The notes beneath the pieces were generated by a model. That model saw nothing but the letters and a program-made list of their open reading frames with translations. It was not told where the DNA came from and made no database searches. Both the position numbers and the translations under genes were made by a program. A stretch of DNA of 64,000 bases. Source: an uncultured Clostridia bacterium (GTDB lineage: Bacteria; Bacillota_I; Bacilli_A; RF39; UBA660). The stretch spans positions 7,452-71,451 of the forward strand of contig CAMBUO010000006.1 in the NCBI GenBank assembly GCA_945871105.1. The letters are read 5' to 3'. Shown here one piece after another: positions 1 through 10,800 of the stretch (its first letter is position 1; every line of letters starts with the position of its first letter).

Positions 1-175
1 AAAAGATTTTTCCACCTAACGATTTTATCTCTTCGTCATAAAAACCTGGCGTTTGTTTAGAAACACAAAAATCCATTTGAAACTTTGTTTTATCAATTTT
101 TCTATATACCTTCATCAAAAATGTTTCAGCACCACCTCTATCCATGCTAGAAACAATACATAGTAATCTTTTCAT
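1..175 (-). CDS. glycosyltransferase family 1 (GT4), N-terminal fragment; the gene runs off the window start
   Basis: Minus-strand ATG at 175-173 follows GGAG. Translation MKRLLCIVSSMDRGGAETFLMKVYRKIDKTKFQMDF... matches the N-terminal Gly-rich loop of EpsF-like GT4 enzymes. Too short for the ORF track because of the window edge. Confidence 0.55.
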   Translation of the reverse strand, partial: MKRLLCIVSSMDRGGAETFLMKVYRKIDKTKFQMDFCVSKQTPGFYDEEIKSLGGKIF

Positions 176-185
176 AAATTCTCCA

Positions 186-1223
186 TCATTTTAAAAATTT
201 AGTTAAATCTTTTATAGCGTTACTTGATGTATAATCATTTGCCTTCAATAAAATATTCTTTTTTAAACTTATAACTTTTTCTGTATTTAAGCATTCCATT
301 AGTTTTTTTTGAAATTGTTTTGTATCATACATATCTACTAAATAACCAGTTTCATGATCTTTTATAATATCAACTGCATTTTCCCATTTAGTAGCAATTA
401 CTGGAACTCCAGAAAATAATGCATCAATTATAGTTCCGGGAATTCCTTCTGTTTTAAATCTGGTAGGAAATAGCAATAAATAGTAATACTTTAAAATATC
501 TACAGATTTATCAGAATCAACACATCCTTTATATTGAACGTAATCCGGAAATTTTTCCTGCATTGTCTTGAATTTTTCTTCATATAAAGAATCGATCGGT
601 CCATATATATCTAATGTATAAACTATTTTATTTAATTTATTATTTATATTTTCAACTATTTTAATAGCATCTTCTATTCCTTTTTCTGGCATAACCCGTG
701 AAAAAGTACATAAAGGATATGGTTCCACAAAATCGTAGATTAAATTCTCATCATCAAGTGGTTTTATAATTTTAAAATTAACTAATATTTCTACATTAGA
801 AAAAGAATTTTTTTCTAATTCCATTTTCATTTTCTTTGTTTCAACAAAAATTTTATCAAATAATCGTAATTTTTTTGTTAAGTTTAGCTTATCTTTTATA
901 TATTCCGGTAGCCAACCACCTACTACTGCATAGTATAAATTAAATTTATATCTTTTTTTTAAATAAGAAAAAAGCGGTACAAATATTTTTATTCCATTAT
1001 GAGCTGGTAAAATAATAATATTTTTACTATCTTTTGCCGATTTTAAACATTTTCTTAATAATTTAAGAGGATTTTTTTTCCAATTATAAGTATCAATTAT
1101 ATTAATATTATTTTCAGCATATTCATTAATCAATGCTTTATATAAATTTTTTGTTTTTACTGTTTGACCATCTAAAAAGTTATTATTACCTCCAAAATGA
1201 CCACATATAGTTACTTTATACAT
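186..1223 (-). CDS. glycosyltransferase family 1 (GT4)
   Basis: C-terminal EGIPGTIIDALFSGVPVIAT is a GT1 E-x7-E-type motif. I prefer the ATG at 1223, which has AGGAG 6 nt upstream and gives MYKVTICGHFGG. The track start at 1265 would overlap the upstream gene. Confidence 0.8.
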   Translation of the reverse strand: MYKVTICGHFGGNNNFLDGQTVKTKNLYKALINEYAENNINIIDTYNWKKNPLKLLRKCLKSAKDSKNIIILPAHNGIKIFVPLFSYLKKRYKFNLYYAVVGGWLPEYIKDKLNLTKKLRLFDKIFVETKKMKMELEKNSFSNVEILVNFKIIKPLDDENLIYDFVEPYPLCTFSRVMPEKGIEDAIKIVENINNKLNKIVYTLDIYGPIDSLYEEKFKTMQEKFPDYVQYKGCVDSDKSVDILKYYYLLLFPTRFKTEGIPGTIIDALFSGVPVIATKWENAVDIIKDHETGYLVDMYDTKQFQKKLMECLNTEKVISLKKNILLKANDYTSSNAIKDLTKFLK

Positions 1224-1231
1224 TTCTACTC

Positions 1232-1975
1232 CTATTTTATATGAAATACTTTTATTATCCCCCAAACACCTATATGAAAAACTGATCTGATAACTGATAA
1301 ATGTTCAATTTCTCTATATAATTGCCAATGATATTTAATTAAATCTAATTTATTGCTAGAAACAGAATTTTTTCTTAAACGATACTGCATTAATACTTCC
1401 TTTTGACCATAGATATATTCTTCTTTTTTTAACATTTGAAGCCATAAAGCATCATCATTTCTTTTTCTAATATTTGGTACTTTAAACTTTCCTAGTTTAG
1501 AAACATCATAGAAAACAGTTGAATTTCCAACAGGACAACTTAATAAAATTCCATTATAATTTACTTTCTTTTTACAAGAAATAGTTCTATTTAACTTATT
1601 ACCTTTTTCATCAATCTGTTCATAATCAGAACATATTATTTTATATTTATTTCTCTTTATAAATTTTATTTGTTTTTCTATTTTATCACTAACCCAAATA
1701 TCATCACTGTCAAGAAAAGCCATATACTTTCCTTTAGCAAGTTCCATAGCTGTATTTCTAGCAACGGCTGGTCCGCTATTTGTTTTTAACTTTATATATT
1801 TAATTCTTTTATCATGATAACTATTAACAACCTCTTCTGTATTATCTGTTGAAGCATCATCAACTATTATCATTTCAAAATTCTTATAAGTTTGATTTAA
1901 AACAGATTCTATAGTTTTATCAATATATTTAGAACAATTATAAGTTGGGGTAATAATTGACACTAAATCTTTCAT
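1232..1975 (-). CDS. glycosyltransferase family 2
   Basis: IITPTYNCSKYIDKTIESVLNQTYKNFEMIIVDDASTDNT followed by FLDSDDIW (DxD) gives a classic GT-A/GT2 N-terminus. Confidence 0.85.
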   Translation of the reverse strand: MKDLVSIITPTYNCSKYIDKTIESVLNQTYKNFEMIIVDDASTDNTEEVVNSYHDKRIKYIKLKTNSGPAVARNTAMELAKGKYMAFLDSDDIWVSDKIEKQIKFIKRNKYKIICSDYEQIDEKGNKLNRTISCKKKVNYNGILLSCPVGNSTVFYDVSKLGKFKVPNIRKRNDDALWLQMLKKEEYIYGQKEVLMQYRLRKNSVSSNKLDLIKYHWQLYREIEHLSVIRSVFHIGVWGIIKVFHIK

Positions 1976-1976
1976 T

Positions 1977-2669
1977 TTATCTTCCTACTTTCAAAACTGT
2001 ATTCATACATAACTTTAAATCCAAAAGAATATTAAAGTTTTTTAAATATTCTAAATTGTATTTCATTTTTTCAGGTAATATTCTTTTAAGATATATATCA
2101 TCTATATTTTCTTTTTTGGAATATTTACTTATTATTTCATCTTCATCTTTGTATTCAATGCTTGCTTTTGAGGTAACACCAGCTGGTAATAAAAGAGTTG
2201 CTAACATTTCTTCATTATAAAAATCAACATATTTTTTAACTTCTGGTCTCGTTCCAACAAATGACATATCTCCAAGTAATATATTAATTAATTGAGGTAA
2301 TTCATCTAATCTTATTTTACGAATTTTTTTACCTATTTTGGTTATTCTTGAATCATTATCAAGAGTTACTAAACTTCCCTTTTTATCAGCATCAACAACC
2401 ATAGTTCGAAATTTAAATATTTTAAATTCCCTACCATATTTTGTAATTCTTATTTGTCTATAAAAAATTGGTCCTTTAGAATCAATTTTTATAATTATAC
2501 TAATAATTAATAATATAGGAAATAACATTATTAAAAGAATTAAAGACATGAATATATCAAATAATCTTTTTAATAATAACTGTAATCTTTTTTTACTTAA
2601 AATATCATAGTAATACTTTACTTTTTTATTTTTCATAAAATCAGGTAATTTATCATATTTAATTAGCAT
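1977..2669 (-). CDS. polyprenyl-phosphate sugar-phosphate transferase (small PglC/EpsL-type bacterial sugar transferase)
   Basis: One N-terminal hydrophobic hairpin followed by KGPIFYRQIRITKYGREFKIFKFRTM and RLDELPQLINILLGDMSFVGTRP. These are the hallmark motifs of the bacterial sugar transferase family. Confidence 0.85.
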   Translation of the reverse strand: MLIKYDKLPDFMKNKKVKYYYDILSKKRLQLLLKRLFDIFMSLILLIMLFPILLIISIIIKIDSKGPIFYRQIRITKYGREFKIFKFRTMVVDADKKGSLVTLDNDSRITKIGKKIRKIRLDELPQLINILLGDMSFVGTRPEVKKYVDFYNEEMLATLLLPAGVTSKASIEYKDEDEIISKYSKKENIDDIYLKRILPEKMKYNLEYLKNFNILLDLKLCMNTVLKVGR

Positions 2670-2671
2670 AA

Positions 2672-3886
2672 TTAAAATTCCTTTAATACTTCAATAAAGT
2701 TTTTTATTATATAATCTACTTCTTCCATAGTTAATTTACTATATAGAGGTAAAGTTATTTCATTTTCATATTGTTTATAACTATTTGGATAATCTTTAAT
2801 ATTAAAACCTAAATCTTTATATGCTGTTAATAAGGGTAATGGTTTATAATGAACATTAGTAGTAATTCCTCGTTTGGCCATTTCCATGATTATTTCATTT
2901 CTTGTAGTTTCATTTATATTATTAATTCTTACTAAATATAAATGTCCTGATGATTGATGATTATTATCTAAATGATTTAATACTTTTATTGGTAAATCTT
3001 TAAATGCTTCGTTATATTTTTTAATTATTTTATGTCTTTTAGCAATTAATTGAGAATATCTTTTTAACTGAGCAAGTCCAATTGATGCCATAATATCAGT
3101 CATATTACATTTATATAAAGGTGCTACTATATCATATTCCCAGTTACCTAAACCTTCTTTATGTAAGGCATCTTTGGTTTGACCATGTAAAGATAATAAT
3201 TGAAATTGTTTGTAAAGATAATCATTATCTAAACCAGGAATACTTTTCCAAGTTACTGCTCCTCCTTCACCAGTTGTTAAATTTTTAACAGCATGAAAAG
3301 AAAAGGTTGTAAAATCGGCTATATTACCAGCCATTTTATTATTTTTAGATGCACCTAATCCATGAGCAGAATCAGCTAAAACCAAAACTCGATTATATAA
3401 TTTTTGAATATCATTTTTAGGTTTAAACTTGCTCTTATTTTTCTCAACTATTTCATATATTTTATCATAATTAGCAATGATTCCGGCTATATCAACAGCA
3501 ATAATAGCTTTAGTATTTTCCGTAATTTTTTCTTCTAATTTAGTATAATCCATCTCATAACTATCACTAGCAACATCTACTAAAACAATTTTAGCACCTA
3601 CATGATAAATTGGACTAGCCGATGCGGTATAAGTATATGATGGAACAATTACCTCATCACCTTCTCCAATACCTAAAACTCTTAAAGTTAACTCTAAAGC
3701 GGCTGTTGCTGAATTTAAACAAACGACTTTTTCCGTTTGACAAAGTTTGGCTAATTCTTTTTCAAATAACTTAGTTTTAGGTCCTGTTGTAATCCAACCA
3801 GATTTTAAAGTATCTACTACTTCTTTTATCTCTTCATCACTTATATCAGGTGGTGAAAAAGGAATATTCATTAAAGTTTTATTCAT
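2672..3886 (-). CDS. DegT/DnrJ/EryC1/StrS-family PLP-dependent sugar aminotransferase (PglE/EpsN-like)
   Basis: Contains GWITTGPKTKLFEKELA, SATAALELTLRVLGIGEGDEVIVPSYTYTASA and SFHAVKNLTTGEGG, which carries the PLP lysine. Confidence 0.85.
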   Translation of the reverse strand: MNKTLMNIPFSPPDISDEEIKEVVDTLKSGWITTGPKTKLFEKELAKLCQTEKVVCLNSATAALELTLRVLGIGEGDEVIVPSYTYTASASPIYHVGAKIVLVDVASDSYEMDYTKLEEKITENTKAIIAVDIAGIIANYDKIYEIVEKNKSKFKPKNDIQKLYNRVLVLADSAHGLGASKNNKMAGNIADFTTFSFHAVKNLTTGEGGAVTWKSIPGLDNDYLYKQFQLLSLHGQTKDALHKEGLGNWEYDIVAPLYKCNMTDIMASIGLAQLKRYSQLIAKRHKIIKKYNEAFKDLPIKVLNHLDNNHQSSGHLYLVRINNINETTRNEIIMEMAKRGITTNVHYKPLPLLTAYKDLGFNIKDYPNSYKQYENEITLPLYSKLTMEEVDYIIKNFIEVLKEF

Positions 3887-5762
3887 TTTCTTTTTTCTCC
3901 TTATTTTGATTATTAACTTCTTCCGAATCTTTGTAAGTTGAAACTACACTTTTCATAACTTCAACTACTTTTTTATTACTATATTTATCGTTATACTCAA
4001 GTTTTCTTAGTTTTCTCAATCCTTCTTCTAAACCTTTTTCCGAAAAATCAAAGGGTTTAGATATAAAGATTTTATTATGTTTAGTAGCTGTTAATCCTTC
4101 TTCAGACATTAAAATTTCTTCGTATAATTTTTCTCCTGGTCTTAGACCGGTTATTTCAATTTGAATATCTCTATTTGGTTCATATCCCATTAACTTAATT
4201 AAACTAACAGCTAAATCATATATTTTAACTGGTTTTCCCATATCTAAAACAAATATTTCTCCAACTTCAGCATAAGTCATAGCTTGAAGTATTAAAGATA
4301 CAGCTTCCGGAATGGTCATAAAAAATCTTGTTATTTCTTTATCAGTAACCGTAACTGGTCCACCTTTAGCAATTTGTTTTTTAAATAAAGGAATAACTGA
4401 GCCATTGCTACCTAAGACATTTCCAAAACGAACAGCTACAAAATCAGTTTTACTTTTTTTATCTTTTGTTTGCACAATCATTTCACAAACTCTTTTAGAA
4501 GCTCCCATAATATTAGTAGGATTTACGGCTTTATCAGTTGAAATTAAAACAAATTTAGAAACCCCATATTCATCAGAACAATTTACAACATTTAAAGTTC
4601 CAAAAATATTATTTTTTATAGCTTCAAGAGGGCTTCTTTCCATTAAAGGCACGTGTTTATGGGCAGCAGCATGAAAAACTAAATTAGGATGAAATTTAGA
4701 AAATAAATTATTTAAACAAGCTTTATCCCGAACACTACCTACAATAGCTTCAATATTCATTTTCGGATAATCACTTATAAGTTCCATTTGAATGTCATAT
4801 AAATTATTTTCATAGATATCAAAAATAATTAATTTTTTAGGACTATAACGAGCAATTTGGCGACATAACTCCGATCCAATTGATCCTCCACCACCCGTTA
4901 CTAAAACAACTTTATTTTTAATTATATTTTTAATATCTTTATTTTCTAATTGAATTGGTTCACGACCAAGTAAATCTTCAATTTCAACATCTCTTAAACT
5001 ATTTAAAGCTCCTTGCTTATTAATGACTGATTCCGTAGTTGGTAAAACTCTTGTTTTAACATTAGTTTCTTGACAGATATTTAAAATTTCTTTTCGATCA
5101 ACAGGTGTTACATGATTAATAGCAAAGAAAATTAAATCAACATCATTTTCTCTAACTACTCTTGGAATATCATATCTAGTTCCTAAAACTTTAATACCTA
5201 ATATCTTATGATTAATTTTACTTCTATCATCATCTATTAAACCAACTATATTATATTTATCTTGCATGTTATTTAAAATAGCAATAATAATCTCTCTAGC
5301 CCCCATACCAGCTCCAATTATTAATAGATTATTAGGAGCTTTATGTTTAAAAGTTGGCAAAATTTTATGCTTGTTAAAAAATGATCTTAAAAACAAACGA
5401 TATACAATCAACATTCCCGCTATAAATATACCTGCTAAAACATTAATCTTAAAAGAAATATAGCTTAATTGAAAAATTATTCCTAAAATAGAAATGGCAA
5501 CAATCGAGAATACTGCTACAAAAATATATTTAATATAATCTTTTCCTACTTCATATTCTAACAGATTTTGATATAAACCAAATATATTTAAAAACATTTG
5601 ATAAAATAATATATGAATTCCAATTCCTTTTAATAAGTACGTAACACTTATATCAGCTGTTGTATTTAAAAAAACAATAGCTACTATATAACCTAAAATA
5701 ATAATTAAAATATCTAATATCAAAGTTAATAAACTACGATATTTTTTTACTACATTTTTCAT
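3879..5762 (-). CDS. membrane-anchored nucleotide-sugar 4,6-dehydratase, CapD/PglF/EpsC family
   Basis: Four N-terminal TM segments, then two Rossmann folds (LLIIGAGMGAREI and VLVTGGGGSIGSELCRQI) and a CapD-type SDR core (ISTDKAVNPTNIMGASKR). Confidence 0.85.
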   Translation of the reverse strand: MKNVVKKYRSLLTLILDILIIILGYIVAIVFLNTTADISVTYLLKGIGIHILFYQMFLNIFGLYQNLLEYEVGKDYIKYIFVAVFSIVAISILGIIFQLSYISFKINVLAGIFIAGMLIVYRLFLRSFFNKHKILPTFKHKAPNNLLIIGAGMGAREIIIAILNNMQDKYNIVGLIDDDRSKINHKILGIKVLGTRYDIPRVVRENDVDLIFFAINHVTPVDRKEILNICQETNVKTRVLPTTESVINKQGALNSLRDVEIEDLLGREPIQLENKDIKNIIKNKVVLVTGGGGSIGSELCRQIARYSPKKLIIFDIYENNLYDIQMELISDYPKMNIEAIVGSVRDKACLNNLFSKFHPNLVFHAAAHKHVPLMERSPLEAIKNNIFGTLNVVNCSDEYGVSKFVLISTDKAVNPTNIMGASKRVCEMIVQTKDKKSKTDFVAVRFGNVLGSNGSVIPLFKKQIAKGGPVTVTDKEITRFFMTIPEAVSLILQAMTYAEVGEIFVLDMGKPVKIYDLAVSLIKLMGYEPNRDIQIEITGLRPGEKLYEEILMSEEGLTATKHNKIFISKPFDFSEKGLEEGLRKLRKLEYNDKYSNKKVVEVMKSVVSTYKDSEEVNNQNKEKKENE

Positions 5763-5871
5763 TTATAATTCTACTCCTTGCTAATTATCTTTACTCACTA
5801 AAAGTATAGCATTTTTTTTAATAATCGTCTATTAAAAAAGCATTTTATTTACATAATAATAAATTTTCTTG

Positions 5872-5894
5872 ACAAAAAAACAGCCAAAGCTGTT
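5872..5894 (-). terminator. Rho-independent terminator after the LCP gene
   Basis: Minus strand reads AACAGC-tttg-GCTGTT followed by TTTTTTTG, directly after the stop codon at 5894-5896. Confidence 0.6.
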
Positions 5895-7612
5895 TAATTA
5901 TCATTTTCTTCTTGATTATTTATTTCAATGTTATTATCAGATATTTCTTTATTTTCATTTTCTTCATTTGGTACATCTGATGTATCTTTAGTTTCTTCTT
6001 GTTTGGATTCTTCTTTAGGTTTTTCTGAAATAATTTCATTTACTTCATTTACATTAGTAGCCTCATCTACATCTAAATAAGAATTATCTAACAGCTTACC
6101 ATTCTTAACGGATTTTAAAGCATCTTTAACATTTAAAATCGTTTCTTCTTTTGGAATCATAACATATAGTTTTTGATAAGGATAACTATAAGTATATTCA
6201 CTTCCATCACTTCCATTTAAACTCATTGAAGTTATATTCCAACTTGGCATTTTATCAAGTTGCATTTTTATTAAATCCGTTATCTTATCTGTAGAAATAT
6301 TAGTAGCAAAAGTTCCTTTCAACGATTCTAAAATATCACTATATTTAGTTAAAATAGCACCAGAACAAGCTTTTTTAATAATTGCTTGAATCATGGCTTG
6401 TTGATTTTCTCCTCTTACCCTATCACCATCTTGGAAAGCTTCTCTAGTTCTTACAAAATATAAAGCTTTTTCTCCATTTACGTGATTTAAACCTTTTTTA
6501 TAATAATAATTCTTATCAGTACCAACACTTGTAAATGAATATTTCGAATAAACATCAACACCACCTAAGGCATCAACTAATTTAACTAAAGCTCCATAGT
6601 TAACTTTAAAATAATAATTTATTTCAATATCTAATAAATCTTCAATTGATTTAACACTCATTTCGGTTCCATAAATACCAGCATGTGTTAATTTATCTTT
6701 TTGACCTATTTCATGTAAAGTAACATAATAATCTCTTGGTATGTTAATCATTAATATTTGATGAGTTTTGGGATTAATACTAACTAAAATATTAACATCA
6801 CTTCTCGTTAAACTATTAACATCACCATAAGAATCAATTCCTGAAATATATATATTAAAAGTTTCCTTTAAGACATTAACATCTTTTTTAAAACTCTCTA
6901 ATTTTTCTTTTAAAGCAAATTTATAAATAATTTTTACTTTACTTTCTAATTCTTCATCACTTTCCGTTAAACTATCAAAATGAGAATCAGGAATAACTAC
7001 CCCTTGAATCTTTTTATTCATTAAATCTTCAAATAAAACACTATAATCTTTATATTCTTTAAATTCTAAATCAATTACTTCATCTAATTTTTTATTAGCA
7101 TCTAAAATACTACTATTTAATTGATTAACATAACCAACACTTTCAGTAGTTAAATCTTTAATATCATTAAATTCACTAGATTTTAAAGTAACAACATAAA
7201 AGTTTTTAATTTGATAAGTATTATTACTTGTAAAATCATCTAAAAAATTAAAAGTATGATTTAAATAATAGAAAGCAAAACCAAGTATTACTATATAAAT
7301 AATCTCGATAATTGATAAAAATACTTTTAAAGCATAACCTTTTTTCTTTTTAATAATTAAAAATATTATTAAAAATGGTATTATAACAACTAATAATAAA
7401 TATATAATTAAATATTTTAATGGTAAAACATCGTATTTAATAATTAAATAAGTATTTAATATTATCATTAAAACCATAATTATAGAAATAATAAATAAAT
7501 AGATATTTAATTTTTTTATTTTTTTCTTTTTATTCTTTTTCATATTATTTTTGTTGATATCCTTTTTAATATCAACTTCATCATCTATATCTTCAATAAG
7601 GATATCATCCAT
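5894..7612 (-). CDS. LytR-CpsA-Psr (LCP) family cell-wall glycopolymer ligase
   Basis: N-terminal cytoplasmic Lys-rich tail and a TM region, then the LCP core (NILVSINPKTHQILMINIPRDYYV, LTHAGIYG, ALYFVRTRE). The C-terminal tail is acidic and low-complexity. Confidence 0.85.
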   Translation of the reverse strand: MDDILIEDIDDEVDIKKDINKNNMKKNKKKKIKKLNIYLFIISIIMVLMIILNTYLIIKYDVLPLKYLIIYLLLVVIIPFLIIFLIIKKKKGYALKVFLSIIEIIYIVILGFAFYYLNHTFNFLDDFTSNNTYQIKNFYVVTLKSSEFNDIKDLTTESVGYVNQLNSSILDANKKLDEVIDLEFKEYKDYSVLFEDLMNKKIQGVVIPDSHFDSLTESDEELESKVKIIYKFALKEKLESFKKDVNVLKETFNIYISGIDSYGDVNSLTRSDVNILVSINPKTHQILMINIPRDYYVTLHEIGQKDKLTHAGIYGTEMSVKSIEDLLDIEINYYFKVNYGALVKLVDALGGVDVYSKYSFTSVGTDKNYYYKKGLNHVNGEKALYFVRTREAFQDGDRVRGENQQAMIQAIIKKACSGAILTKYSDILESLKGTFATNISTDKITDLIKMQLDKMPSWNITSMSLNGSDGSEYTYSYPYQKLYVMIPKEETILNVKDALKSVKNGKLLDNSYLDVDEATNVNEVNEIISEKPKEESKQEETKDTSDVPNEENENKEISDNNIEINNQEENDN

Positions 7613-7663
7613 TTTTTCACCTACTTCTCTTTAATTATATATTATTTACTTTGTTTTTACAAC

Positions 7664-9463
7664 CTAAAAATAATTAGAACTAAAATATTTATCGTTTTCT
7701 AATTCTTTACCCCATTTCTTTTTCATATAATCTTGTTCTTTTTGAAATCTGTCCATTTGTTCCTTGGTAACTTCATAGCCACGTGATTTAGATTCATAAT
7801 GTAACAAACTAATATTATTTAAACAAACATTATAATAACCTTTCTTTAACATTTTTAAATTAAAATCAACATCATTTAAAGCAACTTTTAAATTTTCATC
7901 AAAGCCATCTACTTCTAAATATTTACTTTTTTTAACTAATAGACAAGCAGCTGTTACAGCCGAATAATCATAAGGCATTGATAAACGATTAAAGATACCT
8001 ATATCTTTATTAGAAGCTGTTACAAATACATGTCCCGCTACTCCCCCATAACCAAGTACAACCCCAGCATGTTGAACTTTTAAATCTTTATATAAAAGTT
8101 TTAAACCAACACAACCAACATGATCCCTTGATGCATATCCTACCATGTAATCTAAAAAGTCTTTATCTAATACTTCAGTATCATTATTAAGAAGTAGTAT
8201 ATAATCACCTGTTGTTTCTTTAATAGCTAGATTATTTAATCTCGAATAATTAAATTCTTCTTTAATAGTTAATATTTTAACATTATCATGTTCTTTTTTT
8301 AAATTAGTAAAATAAGCAAAAGTTTCTTCTTCCGTACTATTATTATCAACAATTATTATTTCAAAGTTTTGATAAGTATTTTTCTTATATAAAGAATCAA
8401 TACAAACTTTTGTTAAATTGACTTTATCTTTCATAGGAATAATAATACTTACTTTCGGATTATCATGTTTATATTTAACTAAATACGTACTACTCGTTGG
8501 ATTATCTAATACTTCTCCTTTAATATTTCTTCTTTTTAAAGTATCTTCTAAAGCTCTTTTACCAGCTAAATAAGCATAGGATTTATTACCTAAAGCTAAA
8601 CTAGTTGAATTTGGAGTTTCCCTCCAATGATATAAAATTCTTGGAACATGATAAATTTTTTTGGTTTTATCTAATATTCTTAAAAATAAATCATAGTCTT
8701 GGGACCCATCATATTCCTTTCGAAATCCTCCTACTTCTCTTACTAAACTTGTTCTTAAACAACTAAGATGACAAATATAGTTCATACCCATCAAAGTATC
8801 AGGTGAATAATCGGGTTTAAAATGTGGTTCAAAATATTTACCATGAATATCCATTTTATCTTCATCAGTATAAATAAAATCTAAAGTTTTATCTTTATTT
8901 AAAGCTTCAACTAAATAATAAAAAGCATTTTGATCTAATTTATCATCATTATCAACTAAAACCAAAAATTCTCCTTTAGCTAATTTTATACCATCATTAC
9001 TAGCAACTGATATCATACCATTAGTTTTTCGATATTTAATTTTAATTTTTGAATTATTTTCATATTCTTTTAAAGTATTCAAAGTTTCTATATTACTAGA
9101 ATTATCATCAATTAAAATAATTTCAAAATTAAGATAACTTTGTTTTAAAATACTTTCTAAACATTCAACTAAATATTCTCTTTTAACATTATAAACAGGA
9201 ATAATAACTGATAATAAAGGATTATAAGAAAACTTTTTAATTTCAATATGATTATTATTTTTTTCTAACCATTCTTGATAACATTTTTGATTATCAATTA
9301 GATTAGAACTAGTTCCTCCTCGTCTTAATATTTTAATAAATGATTTAATATATTTTTTCATCGCACTTGGAGGTATTAAAAAATGATGACGATGCCAAGC
9401 AAAATAAAGAGATTTTTTAATTAAATAAATTAATTTAGCAAATTTAGCTTTAATTTTTTTCAT
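7664..9463 (-). CDS. two-domain family 2 glycosyltransferase (rhamnan-type polymerising GT)
   Basis: Two GT2 modules: SVIIPVYNVKREYLVECLESILKQSYLNFEIILIDDNSS with VDNDD, and SIIIPMKDKVNLTKVCIDSLYKKNTYQNFEIIIVDNNST with LLNNDTEV. Confidence 0.8.
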   Translation of the reverse strand: MKKIKAKFAKLIYLIKKSLYFAWHRHHFLIPPSAMKKYIKSFIKILRRGGTSSNLIDNQKCYQEWLEKNNNHIEIKKFSYNPLLSVIIPVYNVKREYLVECLESILKQSYLNFEIILIDDNSSNIETLNTLKEYENNSKIKIKYRKTNGMISVASNDGIKLAKGEFLVLVDNDDKLDQNAFYYLVEALNKDKTLDFIYTDEDKMDIHGKYFEPHFKPDYSPDTLMGMNYICHLSCLRTSLVREVGGFRKEYDGSQDYDLFLRILDKTKKIYHVPRILYHWRETPNSTSLALGNKSYAYLAGKRALEDTLKRRNIKGEVLDNPTSSTYLVKYKHDNPKVSIIIPMKDKVNLTKVCIDSLYKKNTYQNFEIIIVDNNSTEEETFAYFTNLKKEHDNVKILTIKEEFNYSRLNNLAIKETTGDYILLLNNDTEVLDKDFLDYMVGYASRDHVGCVGLKLLYKDLKVQHAGVVLGYGGVAGHVFVTASNKDIGIFNRLSMPYDYSAVTAACLLVKKSKYLEVDGFDENLKVALNDVDFNLKMLKKGYYNVCLNNISLLHYESKSRGYEVTKEQMDRFQKEQDYMKKKWGKELENDKYFSSNYF

Positions 9464-9469
9464 AGTACC

Positions 9470-10600
9470 TCACTTAAAAATACGTTTATATTTTTTTACA
9501 ATTATATTCCAGGTAAAATTATTTTTAATAATTTCTTTACATTCTATTCCTAATTTATTAGCATCATATGATTCTATGTTATTTAAAATATTAATTAGTT
9601 CATCTTCATTTTTAAAATATAAACAAGAATCTTGACCAACATCATGGTTAAATTCAACATCATATAAAATATTTAAATTAGTTAAATTTAAAGCTTCTAA
9701 TAAAGATGGATTAGTTCCTCCAACAGAATGACCATGAATATAAGCTAAGGCATTTTTTCTAATAACTGATAACTTTATTTCATCATAAACCCCATCAATA
9801 AAATGAATTCGTGAATCCGTTAAACAATTAGTTTTCCTAACTAAAGTTTCGTAATAATTAGTCATAGAAATATTTGAAATAATAATTAAATCTTTTTTAA
9901 TATTGGCTTTTAAATAACTATTAATAATTAATTCATAATTATTTTCTGGAACAAAACGACCAATGATTAAAACATAATCTTGTTTTTTTAAATTATATTC
10001 TTTTAATATTTTTTCTTCATTAACATCATGAAAATTAATATTATCTGTTCCATAAGCAATATAAGTTGTTTTATCTTTTAATTTAGGATATTTATTATTA
10101 ATATAACGTTTAATACCTAAAGCATCACAGATAATAAGATCGCAATTATTTAGCATCCATTTTTCACTTAATAAAAAGAATTTTTTAACAAGTACTCCCC
10201 ATTTACTTCTTTTATGTTCCAAGCCATCTGGATTAACAATCGTTGTAATACCTAAATTTTTAATTTTTCTTTTTTTAAATTTTAAAACAGGTCCAAGTTT
10301 TAAACCTAATATATAAATATAAGCATTTTTAATATCATTCTTTTTAATATATTTAAGATAATAATTTAAAGCTTTAATGGTACAAATTAACATTTGACCT
10401 ATTTCCCCTTTAACATAAATGGGTTTAATTTCTATATTATCATTTACTTTGTATTCTTCTTTTTTACTTTTACTAAGTTCACTTATATAAAACTTGGTAT
10501 TTTTATCTTGATAATTATCTACTAATTTTGAAACAAATGTTTCCCATCCACCATATTTAGCATGATAACCTCGACTGCCAATTATAAATACATGCTTCAT
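9470..10600 (-). CDS. family 1 glycosyltransferase with DUF1972-type N-terminus (RgpA/GacB-like rhamnosyltransferase)
   Basis: N-terminus FIIGSRGYHAKYGGWETFVSKL is the DUF1972 signature seen in streptococcal rhamnan initiating GTs. The C-terminal half is GT1-like (HGHSVGGTNPSLLEAL). Confidence 0.75.
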   Translation of the reverse strand: MKHVFIIGSRGYHAKYGGWETFVSKLVDNYQDKNTKFYISELSKSKKEEYKVNDNIEIKPIYVKGEIGQMLICTIKALNYYLKYIKKNDIKNAYIYILGLKLGPVLKFKKRKIKNLGITTIVNPDGLEHKRSKWGVLVKKFFLLSEKWMLNNCDLIICDALGIKRYINNKYPKLKDKTTYIAYGTDNINFHDVNEEKILKEYNLKKQDYVLIIGRFVPENNYELIINSYLKANIKKDLIIISNISMTNYYETLVRKTNCLTDSRIHFIDGVYDEIKLSVIRKNALAYIHGHSVGGTNPSLLEALNLTNLNILYDVEFNHDVGQDSCLYFKNEDELINILNNIESYDANKLGIECKEIIKNNFTWNIIVKKYKRIFK

Positions 10601-10604
10601 ATAT

Positions 10605-10800
10605 ACCGTTATCGAAAACTTATAAAACTATAAAAAGTTTATGTTTCGTTCTTGTTTCTACCAATCCAATTTTGAATACTATATATTCTACTTTTGTTTA
10701 TATAATTGTCCGCAAGCGTTAATTCCCGTCTAACTAACGGTACATATATAAAGTTGCTTTATAGTGCTAATACTTTATATGTTTCACAATCTTTCAAATT
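10605..10800 (-). ncRNA. candidate TnpB guide RNA (omega-RNA/reRNA) scaffold at the right end of the IS
   Basis: In TnpB elements the guide RNA overlaps the tnpB 3' end and runs to the right-end boundary (established knowledge). This 158-nt tail is locally more GC-rich and structured: hairpin CCGTtagttagACGG, and ACCGTTA near 10735 complementary to TAACGGT near 10608. Exact ends are unknown. Confidence 0.3.
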